From IMG/VR virus record IMGVR_UViG_3300028454_000679: a DNA stretch of 64,000 nt; one strand, 5' to 3'. Positions 1-10,530 of the stretch are shown here, one piece after another. This DNA comes from a virus (Duplodnaviria > Heunggongvirae > Uroviricota > Caudoviricetes). A program made the position numbers and the translations under genes. Each line of letters begins with the position of its first letter. Positions within the stretch are counted from its first letter, which is position 1. The notes beneath the pieces are model-generated. The model was not told the DNA's origin. It worked only from the letters and a program-made list of their open reading frames with translations, and did not search any database.

Positions 1-1
1 A

Positions 2-88
2 GGCACAGATGAGAGTATGGTAGAGTATGCCAAGAGAATAAAGTTACTCACAAATCTAGCCCCAGAATTTTTGTCTAAAGTCAACTAA
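2..88 (+). CDS. Possible C-terminal end of a plus-strand gene entering from the left edge
   Basis: Open frame GTDESMVEYAKRIKLLTNLAPEFLSKVN* from the window edge, followed by a hairpin at 146-171; too short to assign. Confidence 0.3.
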   Translation, partial: GTDESMVEYAKRIKLLTNLAPEFLSKVN

Positions 89-145
89 ATACCTGAAAAC
101 ACAAGAGTAAGTCTTTTTATGATTACCACGCAGACATATCTGCAA

Positions 146-171
146 AAGGAGGAGTCGTGAGACTCCTCCTT
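146..171. terminator. Intrinsic terminator-like hairpin, possibly bidirectional
   Basis: aaggaggagtc-gtga-gactcctcctt, 11-bp stem, A-tract on the left side. Confidence 0.6.
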
Positions 172-229
172 AGATTCTAAATGTGAAAGTTCTGTAAAGA
201 GCAATAAACATGATACAAATAGTCCGGAC

Positions 230-316
230 GAGAAAGGATAACCTAGTAAAGTTTACTTGATAAGGGTGTTACAACTATTCACTTATCAAGTAAACTTTAC
301 TAAGTTACCCTTTCTC
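230..316. repeat. Long inverted repeat (35-bp arms, 17-nt loop)
   Basis: Arms 230-264 and 282-316 match at 33/35; both mismatches become G.U pairs on the minus strand. Confidence 0.85.
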
Positions 317-325
317 TGTTGCCGT

Positions 326-358
326 TATTAAGAGGATCCCTATGGGATCCTCTTAATA
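326..358 (-). terminator. Terminator-like hairpin after the 363..1514 gene
   Basis: tattaagaggatccc-tat-gggatcctcttaata, 15-bp perfect stem 4 nt past the stop codon. Confidence 0.7.
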
Positions 359-362
359 GCGT

Positions 363-1514
363 TTATGGTCTGAGGTCTGCCGGGAGGTCTTTGTTAGCCT
401 TTTCATACGCTTTATGTTTAGCAGCTGATGAGAATTCATCAATATCTTTAAGATAACCAGCCTCATTATCCGTCATACGCCAAAAGGAAGCAAGTCCTCC
501 GCCATTCTTGAAGTCCTTTTTTGTGATGTTTTTTGGGTCAAAATCTTCTGGAAATCTTTTTTCATAAAGATTTCCTGTCTCAAAGTTTCCATTGTCATCA
601 AGAATCCATTTACCATTTAATTTGTAAAGACAGATTTCATGGTTGTACTTATAAGAACTAAGAAGACAAGTTTCTAAGCCGAGCATATGGGCCATAAGGA
701 AAGCTCTAACTGAGTAGTGTTTGCATACACCGGTGTAGCCATCTGCGAAGGATTCTTCTGCCATAGTTACTCTTGGAATTTGCTGACCATACTTGTCGTA
801 ATGAGGTTTTGTAAATTCATCAAGAAGATCGTATTGCTTTTCCTCAGTAGCATCCTTCGCACGTACTCCGTCAAACACAAACCAATCTGGCAAATACTTA
901 TATGCTGTTTTCGGTAAATATGGATTCGGGGTATAGTAGACAATAGGATTATCGAGATCGTTATCAGATTCTTTGCAGTAGAGTTCATATGGACTGTTTA
1001 GTTCACCTTCCCATTCATGGAAGTTAAAGAGTACCTTTTCTGGGCTTGTTTTTCCCGGGGTAGTGATATCCTTAATAAACTGTTCTAAATCCCTTCTTGC
1101 AGTCTTCGCCGAGTAAAAGCAAGATGGAGTCTCGTGTTTACAGTATTGGCACCCTTCGTTAGGATAGTGGTAATCAAATAAATGTTTATGAACGTAAACT
1201 CTCTTCTTGAGCGTCTTCTTACCAACTTTTGCAATAACACGGAGACATCCTGATTTACGTGGTTTTAGTAGACCTTTGGAGGTAATTGTGGCAACTTTTT
1301 TGTTGGAAGACTTCCAAGTAACCTTTTTGCCATTGGCGTTCTTTACCTTAAACTGAAGACCATGTCCTTTTAAGCCAAAAGACGCCCTGCACACATAACT
1401 CTCACCTACTATCTTTGGAGATGCCTTTGCCTGTGCTGGGATTGTCTGTACTGTTGTGGTTAGTAAAGTTAGTGCTAGAGTTAATGCTAAACTTTTAATT
1501 GTAAACTTTTTCAT
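363..1514 (-). CDS. Secreted protein: bacterial Ig-like (Big_2) domain plus transglutaminase-like C-terminal domain
   Basis: Signal peptide MKKFTIKSLALTLAL...AQAKA; VTWKSSNKKVATITSKG Ig motif; C(KHY)...H(EIC)...W-I-L-D-D putative Cys-His-Asp triad. Start set at ATG 1514 behind the RBS. Confidence 0.7.
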   Translation of the reverse strand: MKKFTIKSLALTLALTLLTTTVQTIPAQAKASPKIVGESYVCRASFGLKGHGLQFKVKNANGKKVTWKSSNKKVATITSKGLLKPRKSGCLRVIAKVGKKTLKKRVYVHKHLFDYHYPNEGCQYCKHETPSCFYSAKTARRDLEQFIKDITTPGKTSPEKVLFNFHEWEGELNSPYELYCKESDNDLDNPIVYYTPNPYLPKTAYKYLPDWFVFDGVRAKDATEEKQYDLLDEFTKPHYDKYGQQIPRVTMAEESFADGYTGVCKHYSVRAFLMAHMLGLETCLLSSYKYNHEICLYKLNGKWILDDNGNFETGNLYEKRFPEDFDPKNITKKDFKNGGGLASFWRMTDNEAGYLKDIDEFSSAAKHKAYEKANKDLPADLRP

Positions 1515-1571
1515 AATAATCACCTTTTCCTCTCTGGGGTAATAATTGGTTACTACTCCCTGCTCTTTTTT

Positions 1572-1600
1572 ATTCTACACTATGTTATAGGAAATTGCAA
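1572..1600 (-). promoter_or_regulatory. sigmaA-type promoter (repeat copy 1)
   Basis: Minus strand TTGCAA-N17-TAGAAT; near-identical block at 21412-21440. Confidence 0.7.
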
Positions 1601-1692
1601 AAGATTTCTTTGTAGCCAAGTGATGGGGTGGTTAAAAGGGTGTATAGGATTTTCTGGTGTTTTGTTTTCTAATTAAAAATCTATATAGACCT

Positions 1693-1749
1693 AAAAAGGA
1701 GACTATGAATTTTTTAAGGTGTTAAAATTCCTTAAATTCATAGTCTCCT
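1693..1749 (-). terminator. Long-stem terminator, family B copy 1
   Basis: aggagactatgaattt...aaattcatagtctcct, 16-bp stem, U-tract on the minus strand; second copy at 20107-20163. Confidence 0.65.
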
Positions 1750-1879
1750 GTAATACTACTTATTTGAATACACATGGTGTATTTATTGAAAAATGGATGA
1801 CTGATTTGCTGTGATTATTTCAGCACTACAACTGGTCGTTGCACATTAGAATTCAGCTTAAGTGTAAATTGGCTTCGCA

Positions 1880-2122
1880 TTACAGACCTCCTACAAGTCC
1901 TAAAGGTGCCAAGTTGTCTGGCGTGGTGTAAATACTGAAAAAATTACGGTCCCTTAATTGAATACGCAGTAACTCACTAGACGAGTTATCTATATACTTT
2001 ACTATTGCAGACTTGACATTTGAGGGATCTTCCCATTCAACATCTATTAAACCAACCCATTTGTCAGGGTAAGCTTCAACAATCTCTTCCCAGGTCATGC
2101 GTTTACTATTTACTTCTTTCAT
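1880..2122 (-). CDS. Small hypothetical protein, tandem paralog of 2185..2427
   Basis: Shared N-terminus KRMTW(E/D)EIVEAYPD(K/Q)WVG; RBS present. Confidence 0.75.
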   Translation of the reverse strand: MKEVNSKRMTWEEIVEAYPDKWVGLIDVEWEDPSNVKSAIVKYIDNSSSELLRIQLRDRNFFSIYTTPDNLAPLGLVGGL

Positions 2123-2184
2123 AGAAACACCCCTTGAATGCTTTTTATCTGATACCTTTTAATATGAAATGAGAGACAATGCTT

Positions 2185-2427
2185 TCATGATATGCACCCC
2201 ACAACATTTTCTGAATGACTGTAGCTGTTTAATGCTGTATGAATACTTATTATGTTTCCAGCTGTGAATTGTATTGCAGCAAGTTCATCTCTACTTATGC
2301 CATAATACTTTACAACACCCGAACGAATAGTTGAGCCATCTAATTCAGCATCTGCTATACCTACCCATTGATCAGGATATGCTTCTACTATTTCATCCCA
2401 TGTCATTCTTTTATTTGCTTCCTGCAT
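2185..2427 (-). CDS. Small hypothetical protein, tandem paralog of 1880..2122
   Basis: KRMTWDEIVEAYPDQWVG; GGAGG RBS. Confidence 0.75.
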   Translation of the reverse strand: MQEANKRMTWDEIVEAYPDQWVGIADAELDGSTIRSGVVKYYGISRDELAAIQFTAGNIISIHTALNSYSHSENVVGCIS

Positions 2428-2506
2428 AGGAACACCTCCTTAGTGAAGAAACCATAGCCATGAGCAAAACTCCACACTGCCGTATATACAGCTAATATTC
2501 ATAGAC

Positions 2507-2950
2507 CTAAGCTCGTACAAAATTTAAAAACTCGTAGATATTAGTAAAGTGTTTATCTTGATACACAATATCGCAACCTTCATAGTCATCTTCTGGAAAC
2601 ATATTAATTACAGGCCACAACACTATCCCGTTTGTTATATACCGAAAGAAATCTACAGCATTAATACCGCATTCTGTAACATTGAAGCATATATCAGGAT
2701 GCGTTATTATATTGAGAAGTGTTTTAGTACCTGTGGATAGGCATGTCCTATACAGATTACCCATTTCTTTTGTTCTGCTAGTAAAAGCCTGTTCACTATA
2801 ATACCCAGCTTTGTCAACAGTTTTTAAAATCTCTTTTGCCAAATCTGTGTCTGGTATCATTGTGTGCATATCGAAAAAGGCACCATTATTGTCAACAATC
2901 CGTAGTTTCTCGGGGACACACTCTCGGCTATTGTAAACTATTAAACTCAT
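2507..2950 (-). CDS. DUF4869-like protein
   Basis: LAKEILKTVDK...LSTGTKTLL...FNVTECG pattern recalls DUF4869 (from memory, not searched); ATG 2950 behind GGAG. Confidence 0.5.
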   Translation of the reverse strand: MSLIVYNSRECVPEKLRIVDNNGAFFDMHTMIPDTDLAKEILKTVDKAGYYSEQAFTSRTKEMGNLYRTCLSTGTKTLLNIITHPDICFNVTECGINAVDFFRYITNGIVLWPVINMFPEDDYEGCDIVYQDKHFTNIYEFLNFVRA

Positions 2951-3094
2951 ATCTATCACTCCAAATACTATTGAATAATTTTGCTCTATTACTCAACGTA
3001 CTCTCTCCTACCATTTGGGTACTCTAAGTAAGCTTTTCTGACTTCTCTGTCATACTTGGCAACGGGTACCCCTTAAATTATATTTTGTAAGCTA

Positions 3095-3118
3095 AAGGAG
3101 ACCCTCGAAGGTCTCCTT
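3095..3118 (-). terminator. Terminator hairpin
   Basis: aaggagacc-ctcgaa-ggtctcctt directly after the 3123 stop. Confidence 0.65.
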
Positions 3119-3122
3119 GTTA

Positions 3123-4802
3123 TTATCTATTAAAAATACAGCTTGTAGACACTATATCACCATTATCTTTAACTGTTTCCGGTAATGTTTTGGTTGGTAA
3201 GTCTTTTAACAAAGATCCCATAGCCTGCTCTGCATTCTTGTAATGGTCAATAGCTTTTAGAAATTCAGCAACATTTAAATAGACTAAGCTATCTGATGTC
3301 TTAAATGAGTCGCCTCTGTAAAGGACGCTCAAGCCATCACACCTACCATAATTTGATTCAATAACTTGGTTTATATGATTGTTCTTCAAGTTCTTGTATT
3401 GATTAACATGTGGAGTCTTGGTGTGTTTCACTTCAAAACCATAATGAGAATGTGTGTCTGTATTGTAAATGATCATGTCATACTCCCCCACGTTACTCCC
3501 GTCTATGAGAACTTCTGACTTAAATACATTATACCTCTTAGAATCAAGCGCATTCTTAGAATCAAATAATGTAATTTTTTCTAGCATGTCACCCAAAATA
3601 CTTTCTTCTAATTTTTTTGACAGTAAACGTTGTTCTGGTGGGCTTAATTCATTCAAATAAGGCGATTCCATATACATTTTCTGTGCTTCCAAAAGTTGAA
3701 AATATTTGATAGCGGGCTGTACGATGTGATACTCGTGCAATTCCTCCCAGTGATCCCACTTTCCTCTAATAATGTAATGTTTGTGCACATCTGTTGTTGA
3801 TAATAAATTAAGATAGATTAGTGCATCTCTTAATTCATCAACAAATACTGATGTTGCTGGTTTCGACAGATAGCATTCAGCATTTATTTTCTTAACATAT
3901 TCCAAATTTACGTCATCTCTATTCTGTGCTAGTTGGTTCTTAAATGCTGTGCTAAAACCACGATTATATCTTTTTAGTGGGAAATCAATACCGTAACGTA
4001 GAGGCATATTATTTATTTTTGATACATCGAACTTTCCGCTGTAGTCTTCCACAAAACGGTTAATGACTTGACTTATATCATCTTCGGTGTAGTCCATTAT
4101 TGAATCGTAGTTTGTTCGTTCTTTATTATACCTCTCATATCTTTTTAAACTCCTTGAAATATTACTAGACACAGCACTATCTAAATATCGTTTCTGCGAA
4201 ATAATATCATCTATCACATCGCTATCAGATAACCCGCGGTGCATTAAGCCACCATATCTAATATATTCATCAGTGTCCATCATATTCAAAACTCGACTGT
4301 GCTCCGCAAACGAAATATAAGTCATTTTAATGGTAGATGCCCTACCAAATAATGGATTATTTCCGGCAAGTAGCAAACCTAGTGAGTCTGTTCCAGCAAG
4401 TACAATAGAAATGCCCTTTTTAGCATAAAAATCAGCAAGTAATTCAGAATCATAAGTAAAATCTTCTACATTTGTTATTTCATCTAGTAGAATTATAGTC
4501 TTTCCATGTTCAATACATTCATCCATAGCATCATACACATCACTCATATGAAAAGATGTAACCAATCCATCTTCTGTCTTAAGTGGAAATTCCAAATGCT
4601 CTACACAATCACCATATTTATATTTGACCTGTCCTAGTAAGAATGTCTTTCCAGTACGGCGTAAACCATGCAATATGAGCACTTTACCATAAAGACATAA
4701 CTTACCATCTATAAACTCGCATACTTTGTCAAAGCAATCTCTTTCTTGCGCGGATTTCATTATTGCGTCATCATGGACAACTCTCTTTATATTTTGATTC
4801 AT
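3123..4802 (-). CDS. AAA ATPase (AAA_14/DUF4143-like) with C-terminal PD-(D/E)xK-like domain
   Basis: Walker A GLRRTGKT, Walker B ILLDE, C-terminal EYDMII...FEVKH; paralog of 7150 and 21563. Confidence 0.8.
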   Translation of the reverse strand: MNQNIKRVVHDDAIMKSAQERDCFDKVCEFIDGKLCLYGKVLILHGLRRTGKTFLLGQVKYKYGDCVEHLEFPLKTEDGLVTSFHMSDVYDAMDECIEHGKTIILLDEITNVEDFTYDSELLADFYAKKGISIVLAGTDSLGLLLAGNNPLFGRASTIKMTYISFAEHSRVLNMMDTDEYIRYGGLMHRGLSDSDVIDDIISQKRYLDSAVSSNISRSLKRYERYNKERTNYDSIMDYTEDDISQVINRFVEDYSGKFDVSKINNMPLRYGIDFPLKRYNRGFSTAFKNQLAQNRDDVNLEYVKKINAECYLSKPATSVFVDELRDALIYLNLLSTTDVHKHYIIRGKWDHWEELHEYHIVQPAIKYFQLLEAQKMYMESPYLNELSPPEQRLLSKKLEESILGDMLEKITLFDSKNALDSKRYNVFKSEVLIDGSNVGEYDMIIYNTDTHSHYGFEVKHTKTPHVNQYKNLKNNHINQVIESNYGRCDGLSVLYRGDSFKTSDSLVYLNVAEFLKAIDHYKNAEQAMGSLLKDLPTKTLPETVKDNGDIVSTSCIFNR

Positions 4803-4985
4803 TATATCACCTCGCTAAGATATTTAGCTTCAATGCCATAACCATTCACTTGTTGCTATCTTGATATTCTGTATATCCACATCCTTTAAATGTTACTACC
4901 CTATGTAGTCTCTCTGCTGGTTAAACATCATCTGTGAGACCATAGAGCATATTAATATCGTTTTCAATTGGCATACGGTTACCTC

Positions 4986-5977
4986 TTAAAATACTTTAGA
5001 GTGTTTTATTGTCTTTGCATTTCCTAGTACGTCCTCATATGCAGGCAAAAGGATATCCTCAAACCTAATGTGTAACTGTCGTTTGTAAATATGTTTTCTA
5101 ATATCTGAGCAGACTGTAATCTCCTCATTCCCTTTGGTTTTAAATGAAGTCGGTATTTCATCAATCATACTCTCAATAGTATCTAGTTGCTTCTGAACAA
5201 CAGGTACTACCTTAATCAGAGCTTTTTGCAATCTGGCATCATCTTTTAAAATACGCAGAAACTCTTTAGCTGGGTAACGATGATCTTTTTCACCAAAAGC
5301 AGTTATGACATTTGTAGTGTTTTGTCTAAAGTTAGGATTCAATAGTAGCTTCTGCAATCGGTCATCAGAAGCATTTGGTAAAAACTACTACCATTAGCAA
5401 ATACTGGTGCTAGACAATCTGTATTGTTCCTAGTCCTTAAAATTCCCCAGTTACCATTATTACGGTCATTGTTGTTTATTAGAATATCCACAATAGATTG
5501 CTCAAAGAACCTACTCTGAATACCATCTACATTTAGCAGTATTTGGTTCTGGTCCAAATGAGCAAGAAGTCTCTGTAAGTCAACTATATGGTTTGACGTT
5601 GAGCTAAATGTGGGCTGTGAAAGAAATTCTGCTAAACCACCCTCTGTGTGATTTAAAATGGTGCGAATTTCAAGTAACATAGCATCTACTGCAAAATCCT
5701 TGCAGGCTACTATGAGTTTATTATCACGTTCCCCAAGTACTGTTTCATGCACAGGATACCCAAGTATGTCATAAACATGACTGCCTATAAACTCTGACAA
5801 CGGTGCATTTGAATAGGAGGGTATACCCTTCCCATCAACACCCTGTAAATTCTTTGGATACTTAATCATCCACAATTCATCATTGAACAGTATACCAGTT
5901 TTATCACCTGCCAAGCCACCGTAAGTTCCATTTTTATAGCTCAGAGGACAATCATCAAAGTCTTCTATTTTAATCAT
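4986..5977 (-). pseudogene. HipA-like kinase, frameshifted
   Basis: Gly loop YGGLAG, lysine WMIKYP, catalytic NDRNNGN; one extra T in the T5 run at 5380-5384 would join the two ORFs (SFLPNASDDRLQKLLL); metal-binding Asp appears as Ala (APVFANG). Confidence 0.75.
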
Positions 5978-6085
5978 GGTACACCTCTTTACACATTCTG
6001 CTACTTTAATAATATCTATATAGCACCTATCATTGAAAGAAGTATTCACTTTCAGTCAGCATTGTATGCTGGTTGACTGCTGAGA

Positions 6086-7087
6086 CTATTTAGAAAAAGT
6101 TGAAGATGATTGAATAGTCTCTATACCTAACCCATTGTCCTGTAAAACTTCAATTTCTATACTCTGACCATGCTGGATTGCTAAGTTGTCTTCCACTCGC
6201 TTTAATAGGTGCTCAATCTTTTTAGAACCACTTACTGTATACCTTGATTCTAAAAGATCGATCAACTCATTCTTCTGCTCTGTGCTCAGTTTTAAATTCT
6301 GTGAGAATGTTACCAATGCTGAATCTACAACACCAATACTTATAAAGTCTCCCTGTATAAGAAAACTGTCTATAAGCAGTGAAAGAGTAGAAAATGTGTC
6401 TCTATCATAGGAAGTAAATGAAAGTTGCTGCAAGGCTGTGAATATTTCAATCTTACTAAAATCTAGGTCTAAATCACTGGTATAAAGGTCTCGTATATAA
6501 GTATCGCATGCATCTATCAAGGATCATTCTATCTCCCAATAACTAACGATATACACGCCATCTAAATACTTCTTACCAAGTAATATCACTGGAAATACCT
6601 TTAGTCCACGTTGAATAAATACCTTGATTGCATACTTATCACTAGTCTCCGAATACCCCTCTTCTTCCTCAGCGAAAACGGGTACATTTAAAGTTGTCCG
6701 GTTAGAAGGAATCTTATTTGTACTAGCAATTCCTCTTTTATTGCTCTCATGAAAGCTAACAATCACTTCTTCAAACTGCTTAGCATCCACCTTAATATAA
6801 ACTGAAACTCTGTAAAGGTTGTCAATGACGCAAATAACTCCCTTTTCACATTCCTGGTCTGATGCTCTTTCAATCATATAAGGTTGCAGATTAGATAGAT
6901 AATTCTTGACGAAAGACAATACATCACTACCGGAATGCTCTATATAAGCAAACAGACGTTTATTAAGTTCGCTCTTATGTTCTGTTTCATCAATTCTAAT
7001 CCTGTCAAGTTTACCCAATCTCCGTAGCTTTCGGCATATATCAATATTGTCAAAATTTACGATGTCACGCTGCTCTATTTTAGGCAT
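6086..7087 (-). pseudogene. Hypothetical protein interrupted by an in-frame TGA
   Basis: ORFs 6524..7099 and 6086..6520 share a frame: YWEIE-TGA-SLIDAC. Confidence 0.65.
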
Positions 7088-7149
7088 AATTACCTCCAAT
7101 TCATGAAACTCTTTCAGCCAAGATACTTAATTTTGCGTAGCATAATCTA

Positions 7150-8769
7150 CTAGGAGATTTGACTATTATTAAAGGTACAAGAGGTCTTGGTAATGTGAGC
7201 ATTTGCAGAGTGGCTGATTAACATGTCCATTGTTGTCTGAATGTCTCTAGTCTCAAATATGGATGTAAGAAAATCAGTGATATTCAAATAATGAATTCCT
7301 TCCTCGGCTTTAAAGGATTTTCCATTATATAAAACGCAAGCACAAACTCTTTCCCCATAAAAGTAATCCATAGCAGACCTAAACTCGGGATTTATAAGAT
7401 GTTTGGTTTGTTCTGGATAAGGGTTTGATGTATGCTTAATCTCATAAGCGTAGTACTCATTGCTCTCTTTATTGTAAATAAGCATATCATACTCTCCTTG
7501 TACGACCCCATTAATTTTGAACTGTGGCTTTACTGCAAGATATTTCTCAGGTGATAAGGATCGCCGTGTGTCAAAGAGAACAATTTGTTCTGTCATATCC
7601 CCCTTTATTTTTTGGTCTAACTTTGACTTAATAATTTGTTTCGCTCTTTCATTAAATCTTTTGTAGTGGACCTCGTTTTCAATAAAATCAAGCCCTTGTT
7701 TAAGGTGATAATATTTTATGGCTGGTTGGATAACATAGGCATCATTTATGGACTTTTGCGATTCCCATTCGTCTGCATCAGTTTTTTCAAATTCAACTCT
7801 AGGGACTGTAGACAGTAAATTCATATCGAACAACATCTTTTGCAGTTCCTCTATCATAACCTTTGTTAGATGATGCTCTATCGTTACATCAGCATTTATT
7901 CTTTTAGCAAAATCTTCTGTAATTACACTCCGTTTTTTGATAACTTCATTCCTAATATCTATTGAAACATCCAGGTCATTCAATTGCGTTTCTGACATAG
8001 CAAGTGCACCGTTTACGGAAACGGACTTAAGTTTATCATTCACCTGTTTCTCGTTCCACTGACCACTATAAATTTCAACCATTTTCTCTACAATGCACAG
8101 TATTTCCTTGCTACTAAGTTCACTAAGAGAACTATCCTGAATGCTTCTTTGAATACTATTTGTTATGTTAGAACTTACAGCGCTGTCAAGATACTTACAA
8201 ACACTGTTATAGTCATTAACAATGCGACTCTCATGCTCACCCTTTCGCATAAGTCCGCCATATTCTATAAAATCATCCAAGGAATCTGTGTTTAACACTC
8301 TATTGTGCTCAGCGAAAGGAATGTATGTTGTATTAACGTGAGTAGTTCTGTCATATAGCTCTGTTCGCTCTGCATTTAAAAAACCTAAGGAGTCTGTTCC
8401 TGCCACTACAATTCGCATACCTCTTTTGGCAAATACATCTGAGAGGACGGATGCCTGCTCATCTAAATCACACACTCTGGTCAGTTCATCAATAAATACA
8501 TATTTTATATCTGACTTCGACTCTTCAATGAGTGCCCCAGTCAGAATTCTCATACAATCTCCGTCATTCATTTCATAGTAAGCGTAAGGTTCTTCCAGTG
8601 CATACATAACTTGCTCCATAATAGTTGTTTTCCCTGTTCTACGAAGACCATAAAGTATAAGTATTCTACCCTCATAACACTGATTACTATTTATAAACTG
8701 GACAACATCGTTATAGGCATTTCTTTGTCTGGGTTTGATATTTTCTGGTAAAATCTGTTTCCTTATCAT
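7150..8769 (-). CDS. AAA ATPase (AAA_14/DUF4143-like) with C-terminal PD-(D/E)xK-like domain
   Basis: GLRRTGKT, VFIDE, EYDMLI...YEIKH. Confidence 0.8.
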   Translation of the reverse strand: MIRKQILPENIKPRQRNAYNDVVQFINSNQCYEGRILILYGLRRTGKTTIMEQVMYALEEPYAYYEMNDGDCMRILTGALIEESKSDIKYVFIDELTRVCDLDEQASVLSDVFAKRGMRIVVAGTDSLGFLNAERTELYDRTTHVNTTYIPFAEHNRVLNTDSLDDFIEYGGLMRKGEHESRIVNDYNSVCKYLDSAVSSNITNSIQRSIQDSSLSELSSKEILCIVEKMVEIYSGQWNEKQVNDKLKSVSVNGALAMSETQLNDLDVSIDIRNEVIKKRSVITEDFAKRINADVTIEHHLTKVMIEELQKMLFDMNLLSTVPRVEFEKTDADEWESQKSINDAYVIQPAIKYYHLKQGLDFIENEVHYKRFNERAKQIIKSKLDQKIKGDMTEQIVLFDTRRSLSPEKYLAVKPQFKINGVVQGEYDMLIYNKESNEYYAYEIKHTSNPYPEQTKHLINPEFRSAMDYFYGERVCACVLYNGKSFKAEEGIHYLNITDFLTSIFETRDIQTTMDMLISHSANAHITKTSCTFNNSQIS

Positions 8770-8918
8770 AATACCACCTCACGAAACCGATAATCTTAAA
8801 ATACTTTTTTTTTATTGACTTACAATTATTATAACACAGGGTTTCTTAAAATAAATATTTTCTTTGATTGCTATTCCTCTTTTAGCTGAATACACTGGGT
8901 ATTTAATCCTAATTCTTG

Positions 8919-8962
8919 AAAAGGCGTATAGGATTTGACCCCTACACACCCTGGTTAGTTTT
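8919..8962 (-). terminator. Repeated terminator, family A
   Basis: ggcgtatagg-atttgacc-cctacacacc; the variants are G.U pairs on the minus strand, followed by a U-tract. Confidence 0.75.
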
Positions 8963-8964
8963 AC

Positions 8965-9222
8965 TTAGTCCTCAGGCTCTACAGTATCTGCAAGAAACAT
9001 CCACATGTCCTCAAATTCAGTCAAACTGATTAAGTGTCCCACCGTCATACACATTTTCAAATCCTGATACACCTTTTGAAAAGAAGCCTTTAAAACTATT
9101 CTATTTTCAATAGTCTTATCTTTATTATAAACATCTCTGCTTCTTTTAAAACTCTCATAATCTTCTTCAAAAAAGCTACCATCTTGTAAAAGAGACTCTA
9201 TTTTGTTTAATAAATCTGCCAT
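8965..9222 (-). CDS. Small hypothetical protein downstream of HipA-like kinase
   Basis: 85 aa, GAGGTG RBS, 12 nt after the upstream stop. Confidence 0.7.
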   Translation of the reverse strand: MADLLNKIESLLQDGSFFEEDYESFKRSRDVYNKDKTIENRIVLKASFQKVYQDLKMCMTVGHLISLTEFEDMWMFLADTVEPED

Positions 9223-9244
9223 AAGTCCACCTCTCTAAAGTTGT
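9202..9244. repeat. 43-nt direct repeat, copy 1 (copy 2 at 10651-10693)
   Basis: 41/43 identical; spans last codons, stop, RBS and next start. Confidence 0.85.
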
Positions 9245-10475
9245 TTAAAGATATTACTATTCTTTACGCTTGCTTTGCTCTTATTAGATTCCTCATTCAG
9301 CAGATAGATGCCTGATTGTTGCAAAAAATATATAGCCCTTCTGATCTCATCATTATTACTACTAATAGGAAATATCCCGGAACACTCATCGTTTTTCAAC
9401 ATTATGGCATACTTATTTGAAATCCGCATAGTGCATAACTTCCTGCCGTTTATATCGAAGTCTTGCTTTCTATACAACGGAAAACCATGAATAGGCTTTA
9501 TATACTGCTTATATAAATCATATAACTGCGAACTGTCTTCAATGTGAGCTTTTTGCAATGGAAAAATTCTTAGTAATGCTTTTATGAAGATTTTGTTATA
9601 TCTTATCTTAATACTATCAATGTAAAACTGTTTACGCTTTTCCGATAAAAATGGTGTGGCTCTTATAATTTCTTCTATTTGAACTATATTTATCTTCGGT
9701 ATCATGCAAACTAAAGCACTGTCAATATTGGTATGAGATTGCATGAAATAATCAGCATATCTGATTTTATTCTTTTTACCATTGCTGGAATTCTCACACA
9801 GCACACTGTCAACAGATAATGCTGTTTGGTTAACATTTATAGTATCCAGTTCACTATCATCCACTTCTAGAGATAGAGAAGATCCACAATCATATACTGG
9901 GGCAATCCGCTTAAAAGTAGACAGGTCATCCAAAATAATACCAATATTCCCAGGATGTCGATCAGTATTACCTATTAAAGTATCTAGAATAAATAAGTCA
10001 TAAAAGAAATGTCTTAAGTCCTTTAGGTCCTCTTCTGTCATTCCAGTTCTATCCTTCACCAACATAACAGCTGTTCCATTTCAGAGAACGTTATCCTGCC
10101 TTGAGAGTCCAGAACATCTGATCCTAGAACGGCCTTTTCTAAGTCACCCAGAATTTCCCCAGCACCTCTAAAGTCCTTACAGAGACATACAATCTTGGTC
10201 ATTATCTGGTTCCTACTGTTTGGAGTATCGTATTCCCAAAGAGATACATCCTGTGTAGGAAATCCCATACTTTTACTTATTTTACACCCAACATATTCTG
10301 AGAATGGATTATTCTGATATGGGCAAAGTTCTTTTCTTTTGTGCTCCCTAGTTGGGTCAGGTTTCTTCAGAAGATACTTTTCGTTATTCTCAAATATAAT
10401 AGTTTCTTTCTTTTCCGAGCCACCATACTCATTAAGCAACACTCTAGCTATATGATTATTTAACTTTTCATTCAT
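9235..10475 (-). pseudogene. HipA-like kinase split into N-lobe (10056..10475) and C-lobe (9235..10065) ORFs
   Basis: YGGSEKK loop and KYLLK in the first ORF; NTDRHPGN and APVYDCG in the second; ORFs overlap by 10 nt (ATGTTGGTGA). Confidence 0.7.
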
Positions 10476-10530
10476 ACTTGTTATCTCACATATAATCTCA
10501 GAAACATTGATATATTCTCCAACTACTTCA

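Noticed and set aside
6524-6526. TGA recoding (alternative genetic code)
   Set aside because: TGA is used as an ordinary stop elsewhere (2185, 44302, ATGA overlaps such as 48671-48674); gene density is high under code 11.
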